A stretch of DNA of 64,000 bases from an uncultured Clostridia bacterium (GTDB lineage Bacteria; Bacillota; Clostridia; TANB77; CAG-465), in the NCBI GenBank assembly GCA_944387385.1, contig CALXES010000003.1:66399-130398 (forward strand), in the 5' to 3' direction. A program made the position numbers and the translations under genes. The notes under the pieces are model-generated. The model saw only the letters and a list, made by a program, of their open reading frames with translations. It did not search any database and was not told the DNA's origin. Shown here one piece after another: positions 11,007 through 20,331 of this stretch (position 1 is its first letter; each line of letters begins with the position of its first letter).

Positions 11007-11753
11007 TTATGATATTTTATATTTCTTATCATCATATTTGATTATTTGATTATCTGTATATCTACCATAATCTTTTGCATACTCTTTCATTTTATCCATA
11101 GGCATTTTATTTACTACAACACCTATTATATTTCCACCCATGTTCTCTATTTTCTTTTTAGTTTCAACTAGAGCTTCACTCTTTGTTTTTTCAATTGCAC
11201 AAACAAGTACAACTCCATCTGCTTTATTACATAATATCATACTATCTGTAACTATATTAATTGGTGGAGCATCAAATAATATAACATCAAATTTGTTCTT
11301 TACATTATCTAAAATCAAATCAAATTGTGAATTTTCAAAAAGCTCAGATGGATTATGAGGTACAGCTCCTGCAGGGATAATATATACATTATCTATTTGA
11401 GTCTGTTTAATGTATTTTCCAACTTCAGCATCTAGATTTTCATTATCCTTGTTTATATTTTTATTATCTAGAGCTTGAGCAAGTCCTTCTACATTATCTA
11501 CTTTAAATATATCATGTTGTCTTCCTTTTCTTAAATCACTATCTATAATTAAGACTTTTTGTTTAGACTGTGAAAAAGCAATTGCTAAGTTTGAGATAAT
11601 AAGACTTTTTCCATCTTCTGTTGATGAGCTAGTAATTAAAAATGACTTATAATTATTCTTACTCATCTTATATGTAATACTTGTCCTAAGTGTCCTTATT
11701 GCCTCTGATATTGGAGACTTTGGAGCCTCATGTATAATTAAATCTTTTCTCAT
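11007..11753 (-). CDS. CpsD/CapB-type tyrosine protein kinase (BY-kinase)
   Basis: Walker A TSSSTEDGKS, A' IIDSDLRKG, Walker B ILFDAPP, Tyr-rich C-terminal tail. N-terminal PKSPISEAIRTLRT is typical of CpsD. Confidence 0.88.
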   Translation of the reverse strand: MRKDLIIHEAPKSPISEAIRTLRTSITYKMSKNNYKSFLITSSSTEDGKSLIISNLAIAFSQSKQKVLIIDSDLRKGRQHDIFKVDNVEGLAQALDNKNINKDNENLDAEVGKYIKQTQIDNVYIIPAGAVPHNPSELFENSQFDLILDNVKNKFDVILFDAPPINIVTDSMILCNKADGVVLVCAIEKTKSEALVETKKKIENMGGNIIGVVVNKMPMDKMKEYAKDYGRYTDNQIIKYDDKKYKIS

Positions 11754-11764
11754 AATCTCACCTC

Positions 11765-12460
11765 TTATTTAATATCTGGAATAACTGCAAGTACTTCAAG
11801 TCCTAGCAGATCTTCCACTTCAGATTTAGATTTTATTGTTGTATCAAAATAGAAAATAACAAATAGTACACCACAAGATAATACTAAACCAACCATACCA
11901 AATATAGCTGCATTTTTAGCATAACTTACATTATATGGTGAAGAACTAGGAATCGCAGTATCTATTACAGTTACATTCTCAATGTTATATATTTCTTTAA
12001 CCTTTGAACTAAATACCTCAGATAAGCTATTTGCTACATTAGCCGCAACAACTGGATCTTCATTTGAAACTTGAATCTTAAGCATTTCTGTATCATCTTT
12101 TGCAGTAACAGATATATTTGACATTAAAGCTTCTTCTGAAATATCAAGTTCTAGTTTTTCTTTTACTTCACTTGCAACAGCTCTGCTTTTCATTATCTCG
12201 CTATATGTTGCAACAAGCTTTGAATTTAATGTAATATCATTTTGTGTTATTCCTTCACTAGTAGTAGTACTAATAGTACTAGTATCTGTAGGCTTAGATA
12301 ATACAACTGTTGAATATGAAGAATACATTGGCGTTACAAAAAATTTAGTATAAACTACTCCTGCAATTAGTCCTAGTATACAACATAGTATAACCCAAAC
12401 CTTCTTTTTAAATATATAATATATAATCTCTTTTATATCAATCTCTTCCACACGCATCAC
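11765..12460 (-). CDS. Wzz/CpsC chain-length determinant (BY-kinase modulator)
   Basis: 231 aa; TM helices at both ends; immediately upstream of the BY-kinase. Start uncertain (GTG/ATG cluster). Confidence 0.8.
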   Translation of the reverse strand: MMRVEEIDIKEIIYYIFKKKVWVILCCILGLIAGVVYTKFFVTPMYSSYSTVVLSKPTDTSTISTTTSEGITQNDITLNSKLVATYSEIMKSRAVASEVKEKLELDISEEALMSNISVTAKDDTEMLKIQVSNEDPVVAANVANSLSEVFSSKVKEIYNIENVTVIDTAIPSSSPYNVSYAKNAAIFGMVGLVLSCGVLFVIFYFDTTIKSKSEVEDLLGLEVLAVIPDIK

Positions 12461-12529
12461 CTGATATTTATATTGTATAATGTTTACGTAAAATTTTTCA
12501 AGAGAATATTATAAAAAAAGAAAATAAAT

Positions 12530-12558
12530 TAAAAAAAAAGATAGATATTTATCTATCT
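12530..12558 (-). terminator. rho-independent terminator
   Basis: AGATAGAT / ATCTATCT stem (12539-12558), then T8 on the minus strand. Confidence 0.6.
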
Positions 12559-12565
12559 ACACTAT

Positions 12566-13006
12566 TTAAATACTGTCGCAATATTCAAAAATTTCCAAAT
12601 CACTAACTTTTCTTTTTTTCTTTGTATTTCTACAAATCTCATCTACGTATGACATATTAGATAATTTATTTTCATCATCTAAAGCATATATCTTATAGTT
12701 TCGAATAAGTAGACTTCTTGTTTTATTATCTAGTTTACATTGATAGTCATCATCAATCAAATAATTTTTTGATTTAGAAAATTTTTTTAAACGTTTAAAT
12801 TCCTTTTGTATACTCAAAAATATTGGTCTTTTTTTCGTAATTATTGGCTGTTCATTAAAAAGCTTATGCTCAATTTCGTACTTATTGTAATTAAATTCAT
12901 AAATGTACCAACAGTAAGAATGATACACCAACCTTTGAATTTGATATTCTTTAAGTTCTTCATTTAAACTAGCAAAATATTTAGCTATATCAACAGCAGT
13001 ATACAT
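12566..13006 (-). CDS. Panacea/DUF4065 (SocA-like antitoxin domain) protein
   Basis: 146 aa; N-terminal pattern AVDIAKYF...IQRLVYHSYCWY...LFNEQP matches my memory of DUF4065; AAGGAGTGA SD. Confidence 0.45.
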   Translation of the reverse strand: MYTAVDIAKYFASLNEELKEYQIQRLVYHSYCWYIYEFNYNKYEIEHKLFNEQPIITKKRPIFLSIQKEFKRLKKFSKSKNYLIDDDYQCKLDNKTRSLLIRNYKIYALDDENKLSNMSYVDEICRNTKKKRKVSDLEIFEYCDSI

Positions 13007-13249
13007 TTTTCATCACTCCTTTTTATTTAATAAAAATTTAGCCATAAATCCTAAAGATTTACTAAATAGATTTATATAATACTCAAGGAGTTAAAATATA
13101 ATATTATTTTAAAAATAATACTCAATGTCTATATTAATCTACATTTTAGTAAACATAAAACTAATATAATTATATCATAATTAAATTAAAAAGTCAAAAA
13201 AATACCTAAGTAAAATTTATATTACCTAGATATTAAAAATATAATATAA

Positions 13250-14656
13250 TTATACATGCTTAATATTTGTATTTTGAGATATCTCATTTGAAGTTGTAGC
13301 TAAGTCTTCTACACTCAATTCATGAATATCTTTATGTCCTGTTATTCTACCAAAAGTTTTTAGCTCTTCTTTTACATTTTCTAAATATTTAGCTACCTTT
13401 TTACTACTATTTTCTATAGATAATCTTTTACGAAGCTTAGGATCTTGTGTTGCTATTCCTTTAGGACACATACCACCATTACATACTCTATACTGATCAC
13501 ATCCTAAAGCAATCATTGCAGCAGTTGCAATAGCTACACAATCAGCACCCATAGCAATAGCCTTGGCAAAATCACTTGCATCATATAATCCACCAGTTAT
13601 TACTAAGTCTATATCTAAATTATTCTCTTTTAAATATTTCTTTGCTCTATATAATGCATATATAGTTGGAACTGATGTATTATCTTTTAAAAATGTTGGA
13701 CTTGCACCAGTTGCTCCACCTCTACCATCAATAGTAATAAAATCTGGCATAGCAAAATATACATATTCTAAATCCGCCTCAATATGTCCTGCAGCAATTT
13801 TTATACCAATAGGTCTTCCAAGTGATTTTTCTCTTAACTCATCTACTAAAGATTTCAAATCTTCTTTAGTTTTAATCTCTTCAAATTTAGATGGACTAAT
13901 TACATCTTCACCAATATTTTTACCACGTACTTTTGCAATCTCTTCTGTTACTTTATTTGCAGGTAAATGTCCACCCATACCAGGCTTAGTACCTTGTCCA
14001 ATTTTAATTTCTATAGCATCAGCATTTTTTAAATTTTCATCTGTTACACTATATTTATTTGGTACATATTCAAATATATATTTATATGATGCCTCCATTT
14101 CCTCAGGTAAAATTCCACCTTCGCCACTACACTCTGCAGTTTTAGCTATACAAGAGCCTTTAGCTAAAGCAATTTTTGCTTCTTTAGATAAAGCACCAAA
14201 TGACATATGTGAAATATATACAGGCATATCTATCTCAAGAGGACGCAATGCATGCTTTCCAATAACAGTTTTTAATGACACATCTTCATGATCAAAAAGA
14301 GGTGCAGGATTTAACTGTGCTCCAAGTATTAATACATCATCAAAACCAATAACTGGACGTGTTGTTCCCATAGCCGAAATTTCATTATAATTATCACTTG
14401 TAATAGCATGTATTTTTGAAACAGCTTTTTTAAGTCTTATTGGTGTATCTTTAGCCATTGCTTCCATAGAATCTTCAACTTCAGATTCTTTAGCAACTTC
14501 TTCCACACTTTCCACATCTTCCTCTATCTTTTCAAAAGCACTTTTAGGATTAAAACACAAAGGACATTTCCAATCATCTGGTAAATCCTTAAACAATACT
14601 CCTTCCTTTTCTTCATCATAAATATATCCACAAATTGTACAACGATACTTAGCCAT
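13250..14656 (-). CDS. rubredoxin fused to an FMN-binding glutamate-synthase-like domain
   Basis: 468 aa; N-terminal CTICGY...CPLC rubredoxin knuckles, then a GltB-central-domain-like TIM barrel ([25 protein letters not shown]). Confidence 0.85.
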   Translation of the reverse strand: MAKYRCTICGYIYDEEKEGVLFKDLPDDWKCPLCFNPKSAFEKIEEDVESVEEVAKESEVEDSMEAMAKDTPIRLKKAVSKIHAITSDNYNEISAMGTTRPVIGFDDVLILGAQLNPAPLFDHEDVSLKTVIGKHALRPLEIDMPVYISHMSFGALSKEAKIALAKGSCIAKTAECSGEGGILPEEMEASYKYIFEYVPNKYSVTDENLKNADAIEIKIGQGTKPGMGGHLPANKVTEEIAKVRGKNIGEDVISPSKFEEIKTKEDLKSLVDELREKSLGRPIGIKIAAGHIEADLEYVYFAMPDFITIDGRGGATGASPTFLKDNTSVPTIYALYRAKKYLKENNLDIDLVITGGLYDASDFAKAIAMGADCVAIATAAMIALGCDQYRVCNGGMCPKGIATQDPKLRKRLSIENSSKKVAKYLENVKEELKTFGRITGHKDIHELSVEDLATTSNEISQNTNIKHV

Positions 14657-14752
14657 AATATTCCTCCTTTTTCGATATTATTTAAATGTATAGTATCATA
14701 AAATAATATAACTAAAAAAATATATAAATTTATATAACAAATAATATAATTT

Positions 14753-16009
14753 TTAGCTTAATAAAATATCTTCTATAAGTGGTTCAACACCATCATCAAT
14801 TATTTTTTTTACTTTATTTTGTATACCATATCTATTTAAATCTATTGCTACATGTTTTATAACTTTTGCTGCAATCTCTCTAACAGGATATGAAAAGCTC
14901 ATATTGTTTACAATTCTTAACATAAAATTAGCCACTTTATCATAATCCTCCCATTTTAATCTATGTAATAAATATTCTTCTGATAATTCATTAACCATTT
15001 GTAGTGCCAAATTATTATCGTCTTTTATATACTTAAACAAAGCACAATCAAAATTATTAACATCACATAATAGTCTTAAAATTTTATCAGTTGGTAACTC
15101 ACTTATATACATATTTATTTGGTCATCATATTCATTTCTTTGAATAGCACTTTTTATAATTTCTTCATTTTGTTCTTTCTCATGAAAATCTATAGATTTA
15201 TTTATTGCGTCTAGTAATTTTTGAGCATCATCATATCTTAACATTCGCATTACAGAACATGCTTTTTCAACAACTGACTTAAACATATGACTAGTATTCA
15301 TAGGATTTTTATTCATTATAAAATTAATTATCTTACCTAAAGAATAGACATCACTTCTTTTATCTCCATCTTTTAATAACATGAATTGATCTGGATCACA
15401 ATACTGATATTGTCCCAAAGCATTTGTTAATATAGTTTGATGTGAATTTAATATATTTAAATTTTTTCCTAGTCCAAAATCACCAATAATTATTTTAGAA
15501 TCTGAAACAAATATATTAGTAGGACATAAATCTCTATGTACAATATTTCTATTGTGTACTTTAGCCATAATATTTAAAATTCCTTTAATTAACTTTATTT
15601 TTTCTTCATCATATAATATAAATTTATTTTCTATATAATGTTCTAAAGTTTCATTATAATATTTCATTGTATAAACATAATCATCTTTTTTATATTCATA
15701 TACTTCTACAATTCCATCTAAATCTTGCAGTGACTTTGTTATTTCAAATTCACGTTTAAATCTACTAACAATAGAATTCTTATCATACAATTCTTTATAT
15801 AAATGCTTTTCAACTATATTGTTTGATTTCCTTTTAAATACATTAGCAAAACCGCCATGACCTATTTCTTCTAAATCTTCATCCTCAATCACTATATATA
15901 CATTATTATTTTTTACTTGAAAAGATAATCCATCTACTCTTACAATTTTATTTAAAAAATTTAGTATGTCATTTCTAGCTTTCACACTCTGAACTTTATT
16001 TAGACTCAT
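14753..16009 (-). CDS. cytoplasmic eukaryotic-like Ser/Thr protein kinase with an uncharacterised C-terminal domain
   Basis: GHGGFANV glycine loop, catalytic loop HRDLCPTN (Cys where Lys is usual), DFG. No TM segment. No SD before ATG 16009. Confidence 0.75.
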   Translation of the reverse strand: MSLNKVQSVKARNDILNFLNKIVRVDGLSFQVKNNNVYIVIEDEDLEEIGHGGFANVFKRKSNNIVEKHLYKELYDKNSIVSRFKREFEITKSLQDLDGIVEVYEYKKDDYVYTMKYYNETLEHYIENKFILYDEEKIKLIKGILNIMAKVHNRNIVHRDLCPTNIFVSDSKIIIGDFGLGKNLNILNSHQTILTNALGQYQYCDPDQFMLLKDGDKRSDVYSLGKIINFIMNKNPMNTSHMFKSVVEKACSVMRMLRYDDAQKLLDAINKSIDFHEKEQNEEIIKSAIQRNEYDDQINMYISELPTDKILRLLCDVNNFDCALFKYIKDDNNLALQMVNELSEEYLLHRLKWEDYDKVANFMLRIVNNMSFSYPVREIAAKVIKHVAIDLNRYGIQNKVKKIIDDGVEPLIEDILLS

Positions 16010-16050
16010 ATCTCGAGTTAAATAATTTTCATCTAATATATATGAAAAAA

Positions 16051-16074
16051 ATCTTTCTATCTTTCTATCTTTCT
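16051..16074. repeat. 3 exact tandem copies of an 8-nt unit (ATCTTTCT plus strand / AGAAAGAT coding strand)
   Basis: Read directly from the sequence. A further partial unit ATC follows. The upstream ORF's stop codon lies inside the repeat. Confidence 0.95.
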
Positions 16075-16290
16075 ATCATCTTGCAACGTACATAAAGATT
16101 CAAAAACATAACGCCATCTTGAAGGAAATCCAGATTTATAAACATCTGATGAGCCAAAATTATTGTTAAAAAAATCTACTAATTGTGCCCCTGTTTTATA
16201 GCTATAATTATAAATCACATCGTCTATGTTTATTGGTATGTCTCCAATAAATATTTTTGAAATTCGTTTTAATACTTCGTCAGATAACAT
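16057..16290 (-). CDS. small protein, probably the detached N-terminal module of the kinase
   Basis: 77 aa from ATG 16290 behind AAAGGTGA (the track uses GTG 16299). Ends at a TAG inside the 8-nt repeat. Confidence 0.55.
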   Translation of the reverse strand: MLSDEVLKRISKIFIGDIPINIDDVIYNYSYKTGAQLVDFFNNNFGSSDVYKSGFPSRWRYVFESLCTLQDDRKIER

Positions 16291-16333
16291 TACTTTCACC
16301 TTTATTTCATATTATATCATAATTTATAAAAAC

Positions 16334-16378
16334 AAAAAAGACTTAAATATCAATCATATATGCTATTTAAGTCTTTTT
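16334..16378 (-). terminator. terminator after FrhB-like copy A
   Basis: GACTTAAATA / TATTTAAGTC stem flanked by A6 and T5. Confidence 0.6.
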
Positions 16379-16382
16379 AAAA

Positions 16383-17537
16383 TTACTTTCTTAATACTTT
16401 CTTTGCTATTCTTTTTCCTTTTCTTAGAATCTTTTTAACAATAGAAACTCTAGTATATTTATTCATAACATCTATAACATTATCACTATTTATAGAGCCT
16501 TTTTTTATACCTTCAAAAAACTTATCTCTACTTTTATGTGCAGGTACATTACTGAAATGATTATATTTAGCAGCTACATCAATATCTACTTTTTCAAGTA
16601 TAGAAGTATTATTTTTAAATATATTTAATAAGCTCTTTCCTTTTTCAGAATTTACTGTTAATAATGAAACTCCTTTTGTAGAATCTAAATCAGGTTTTAC
16701 TTTTTCAATTTTCCAAAAATCTGCTATCGTAAAATCAGTTATTCTACTTTTAGAAGCAAAAACACAAAAGTTACAAGATCTTCTATTAATTAATTCTTTA
16801 CCAAAGGCATTTTTAAATGTATCTTCATATAATACTTGATCATTTTGTAACTCAATTAATGTTCTTTCGTCTCCCCATTTAATTTCTTTACTTCTAAATC
16901 TAATATCTTTCACTTTTTTGGAATATTTTTTTTCTAAATTTTCTTTATATAACTTAAATACTTTAGGTGATGGATTAGCATGACATAGTATATCACAAAG
17001 TATTAAATTATCATATTCTTTACCAAGATAACTTTTTAATCCACTTATTTGACAAGCCGTTCCTGTATATAATACTACTCGTCCATCTTTTAAAAACTTT
17101 TCAGCTTCTTTATATGTGTTTTTCAAATCACTTCTTACATATTTAGAACCACAAAACTGTTTACAATCTTCTAAAGTTTCAGCATATTTGTGAATTACAT
17201 TTAAATCCTCATCATAGGTAACACCAAACACTACACCTTTATTTTCTATAACATATTTTGCTAATATGTAGAACATACCACCAGAAGAAGCATTTTTAAG
17301 TTCTTTATCATTATTATTAATAGCTATATATGCAACTGACTCTTGTTCACTTTTATTAAAATTAGAGCATACTTTCTCACATAAACCACAATTAATACAC
17401 TTTTCTTTATTTATATGTGGATATAAAAATCCTTCACCATCTTCTACCATTTCAATTGCACTTTTTGGACATCGCAAAGCACAAGTTCCACAACCATTAC
17501 ATAGTTCTTTTTTACCAGTATTAAAATAATTTTCCAT
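16383..17537 (-). CDS. F420-hydrogenase beta-subunit-like (FrhB family) 2x[4Fe-4S] protein, copy A
   Basis: 384 aa; [12 protein letters not shown] and [11 protein letters not shown] ferredoxin motifs. This family commonly accompanies polysaccharide pyruvyl transferases. Confidence 0.8.
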   Translation of the reverse strand: MENYFNTGKKELCNGCGTCALRCPKSAIEMVEDGEGFLYPHINKEKCINCGLCEKVCSNFNKSEQESVAYIAINNNDKELKNASSGGMFYILAKYVIENKGVVFGVTYDEDLNVIHKYAETLEDCKQFCGSKYVRSDLKNTYKEAEKFLKDGRVVLYTGTACQISGLKSYLGKEYDNLILCDILCHANPSPKVFKLYKENLEKKYSKKVKDIRFRSKEIKWGDERTLIELQNDQVLYEDTFKNAFGKELINRRSCNFCVFASKSRITDFTIADFWKIEKVKPDLDSTKGVSLLTVNSEKGKSLLNIFKNNTSILEKVDIDVAAKYNHFSNVPAHKSRDKFFEGIKKGSINSDNVIDVMNKYTRVSIVKKILRKGKRIAKKVLRK

Positions 17538-17712
17538 AGTCTTTCTCCTTATTTTCTTTTTAATATCATTTTAAAAATCTTATTAAGATTTTTCCATTTA
17601 CAACATAAACGTATAAAATAACAATGGCTAGTATTTTTGAAATTTTTTTAATACTTCTTCAAACAACATTGCTTTCACCTTTATTTCATATTATATCATA
17701 ATTTATAAAAAC

Positions 17713-17757
17713 AAAAAAGACTTAAATATCAATCATATTTACTATTTAAGTCTTTTT
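17713..17757 (-). terminator. terminator after FrhB-like copy B
   Basis: Same stem as 16334-16378; the loop differs at 2 positions. Confidence 0.6.
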
Positions 17758-17761
17758 AAAA

Positions 17762-18916
17762 TTACTTTCTTAATACTTTCTTTGCTATTCTTTTTCCTTT
17801 TCTTAGAATCTTTTTAACAATAGAAACTCTAGTATATTTATTCATAACATCTATAACATTATCACTATTTATAGAGCCTTTTTTTATACCTTCAAAAAAC
17901 TTATCTCTACTTTTATGTGCAGGTACATTACTGAAATGATTATATTTAGCAGCTACATCAATATCTACTTTTTCAAGTATAGAAGTATTATTTTTAAATA
18001 TATTTAATAAGCTCTTTCCTTTTTCAGAATTTACTGTTAATAATGAAACTCCTTTTGTAGAATCTAAATCAGGTTTTACTTTTTCAATTTTCCAAAAATC
18101 TGCTATCGTAAAATCAGTTATTCTACTTTTAGAAGCAAAAACACAAAAGTTACAAGATCTTCTATTAATTAATTCTTTACCAAAGGCATTTTTAAATGTA
18201 TCTTCATATAATACTTGATCATTTTGTAACTCAATTAATGTTCTTTCGTCTCCCCATTTAATTTCTTTACTTCTAAATCTAATATCTTTCACTTTTTTGG
18301 AATATTTTTTTTCTAAATTTTCTTTATATAACTTAAATACTTTAGGTGATGGATTAGCATGACATAGTATATCACAAAGTATTAAATTATCATATTCTTT
18401 ACCAAGATAACTTTTTAATCCACTTATTTGACAAGCCGTTCCTGTATATAATACTACTCGTCCATCTTTTAAAAACTTTTCAGCTTCTTTATATGTGTTT
18501 TTCAAATCACTTCTTACATATTTAGAACCACAAAACTGTTTACAATCTTCTAAAGTTTCAGCATATTTGTGAATTACATTTAAATCCTCATCATAGGTAA
18601 CACCAAACACTACACCTTTATTTTCTATAACATATTTTGCTAATATGTAGAACATACCACCAGAAGAAGCATTTTTAAGTTCTTTATCATTATTATTAAT
18701 AGCTATATATGCAACTGACTCTTGTTCACTTTTATTAAAATTAGAGCATACTTTCTCACATAAACCACAATTAATACACTTTTCTTTATTTATATGTGGA
18801 TATAAAAATCCTTCACCATCTTCTACCATTTCAATTGCACTTTTTGGACATCGCAAAGCACAAGTTCCACAACCATTACATAGTTCTTTTTTACCAGTAT
18901 TAAAATAATTTTCCAT
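17762..18916 (-). CDS. FrhB-family 2x[4Fe-4S] protein, copy B (protein identical to copy A)
   Basis: 384 aa, identical translation to 16383..17537. Confidence 0.8.
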   Translation of the reverse strand: MENYFNTGKKELCNGCGTCALRCPKSAIEMVEDGEGFLYPHINKEKCINCGLCEKVCSNFNKSEQESVAYIAINNNDKELKNASSGGMFYILAKYVIENKGVVFGVTYDEDLNVIHKYAETLEDCKQFCGSKYVRSDLKNTYKEAEKFLKDGRVVLYTGTACQISGLKSYLGKEYDNLILCDILCHANPSPKVFKLYKENLEKKYSKKVKDIRFRSKEIKWGDERTLIELQNDQVLYEDTFKNAFGKELINRRSCNFCVFASKSRITDFTIADFWKIEKVKPDLDSTKGVSLLTVNSEKGKSLLNIFKNNTSILEKVDIDVAAKYNHFSNVPAHKSRDKFFEGIKKGSINSDNVIDVMNKYTRVSIVKKILRKGKRIAKKVLRK

Positions 18917-18927
18917 AGTCTTTCTCC

Positions 18928-20331
18928 TTATTTTCTTTTTAATATCATTTTAAAAATCTTATTAAGATTTTTCCTATTTATAACATAAGCGTATACAACA
19001 GCAATTGTTAGTCCAATCACATATAAAATCATATTATTTGAATAGAATGCTATAAGTATTGGTATTAAAACTAATATTGTAGATATAATGAATGTTTTAT
19101 CAATTTTTATTTCAAAGTATCTCTTCTTTAAATCATGTAATCTATATACAGACATTACAAAATAAGCAGTCAGATTTGCTATTGTAGAAGCATATAATCC
19201 AATAAATTTAATCAAGCATAAATTAACAACAATATTAATTAAAGCAGAACCAATAGAAGTATTAGCAATCGCTTTTGTATTTTTTTTTGCAACATATATT
19301 GTACTTATAAGACCTACAACCACATTAAAAATACATCCTAGCATCATTATAGGTACTAAATTATATCCAGCAGAGAACTTTTCATTTATCATTATTGGAT
19401 ATACAAACGGCATGCATGCAATTATTCCAATACTCATAGCAGTAAAAAATCTTAACATCATATTAGTCATTTTATTTAAAAATTCTTTAGAATCAGAATC
19501 ATCAATATGTAATGACACCATTTCAGTCCAGCTCAAATTAAATATATTATATAAAGTTATAAATACATTAGAAAATTTGTGTGCAGCCGATAAAATACCA
19601 TTTTGCGCTACTCCTAATATTGCAGATACTATAACTCTATCTGATGCATTAAAAACCCACCAAGATATTGCATTTGGAATTAATGGCAATGAATATTTCC
19701 ATAATTTCATTAATACGACTTTTTTAAATTCTGATATACTAATATATTTATACAATTTTAAAGCAAAAATATTGTATATTGCACATATTATTTGACCAAG
19801 CATATTAGCCATTAACATTCCATATGCTCCAAATTTAAATACTACTAAAAACAAAATATTAAAAATTATTGTTGAAAAAGCAGACAAAAAACTACCTATA
19901 GCATAATGAGTATTTTTCCCTAACCCTCTTGCCATTTGTTGAGTTAAAGAAGCAAAAATATATGCTATAACATTAGTAGCTAAAAAATATTTGTACTGAT
20001 TTTCAAAAAATGGAGATATAATAAAAAATATACCAATATATACAATACATTGTAATAGTACGGAAAATATTCCAGTAGAAATTATTTTCTTTTTTACATC
20101 TTCATTTTCTCTATTGTCAATTAAATTTCTAAATACAGCCTGTTCAACCTGAAAAGTTACTATTGGCAGTAATAAAGAAACTAAAGTATTTAATAAGTCA
20201 ACTGTTCCATATTCTTCAGTAGATAATATAGCAGTATAAAGTGGAAGTAAAAAGAATGTTATAAGTTGTGTACAAACTTTTCCTATTGTTATAATAAGTG
20301 TGTTTTTAAATAAAGTTTTTTCCCTACTCAT
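18928..20331 (-). CDS. wzx: Wzx-type oligosaccharide flippase (MOP superfamily)
   Basis: Polytopic membrane protein of ~467 aa. Start moved to ATG 20331 behind AAGGGAG; 8-nt overlap with the upstream gene. Confidence 0.8.
   Translation of the reverse strand: MSREKTLFKNTLIITIGKVCTQLITFFLLPLYTAILSTEEYGTVDLLNTLVSLLLPIVTFQVEQAVFRNLIDNRENEDVKKKIISTGIFSVLLQCIVYIGIFFIISPFFENQYKYFLATNVIAYIFASLTQQMARGLGKNTHYAIGSFLSAFSTIIFNILFLVVFKFGAYGMLMANMLGQIICAIYNIFALKLYKYISISEFKKVVLMKLWKYSLPLIPNAISWWVFNASDRVIVSAILGVAQNGILSAAHKFSNVFITLYNIFNLSWTEMVSLHIDDSDSKEFLNKMTNMMLRFFTAMSIGIIACMPFVYPIMINEKFSAGYNLVPIMMLGCIFNVVVGLISTIYVAKKNTKAIANTSIGSALINIVVNLCLIKFIGLYASTIANLTAYFVMSVYRLHDLKKRYFEIKIDKTFIISTILVLIPILIAFYSNNMILYVIGLTIAVVYAYVINRKNLNKIFKMILKRK

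Larger units (their letters stand above)
16253..19012. repeat. tandem duplication, period 1,379 bp (two copies)
   Basis: 16363-17595 and 17742-18974 read as identical (1,233 bp). The edges (16253-16362 vs 17632-17741; 17596-17631 vs 18975-19012) are diverged. Confidence 0.9.

Noticed and set aside
16253-19012. Possibility that the two identical FrhB-like genes are an assembly artefact
   Set aside because: The unit edges differ by substitutions and indels, and the junction contains degraded relics of wzx and of the kinase-associated ORF. A mis-assembly would not produce that pattern. It still deserves long-read confirmation.
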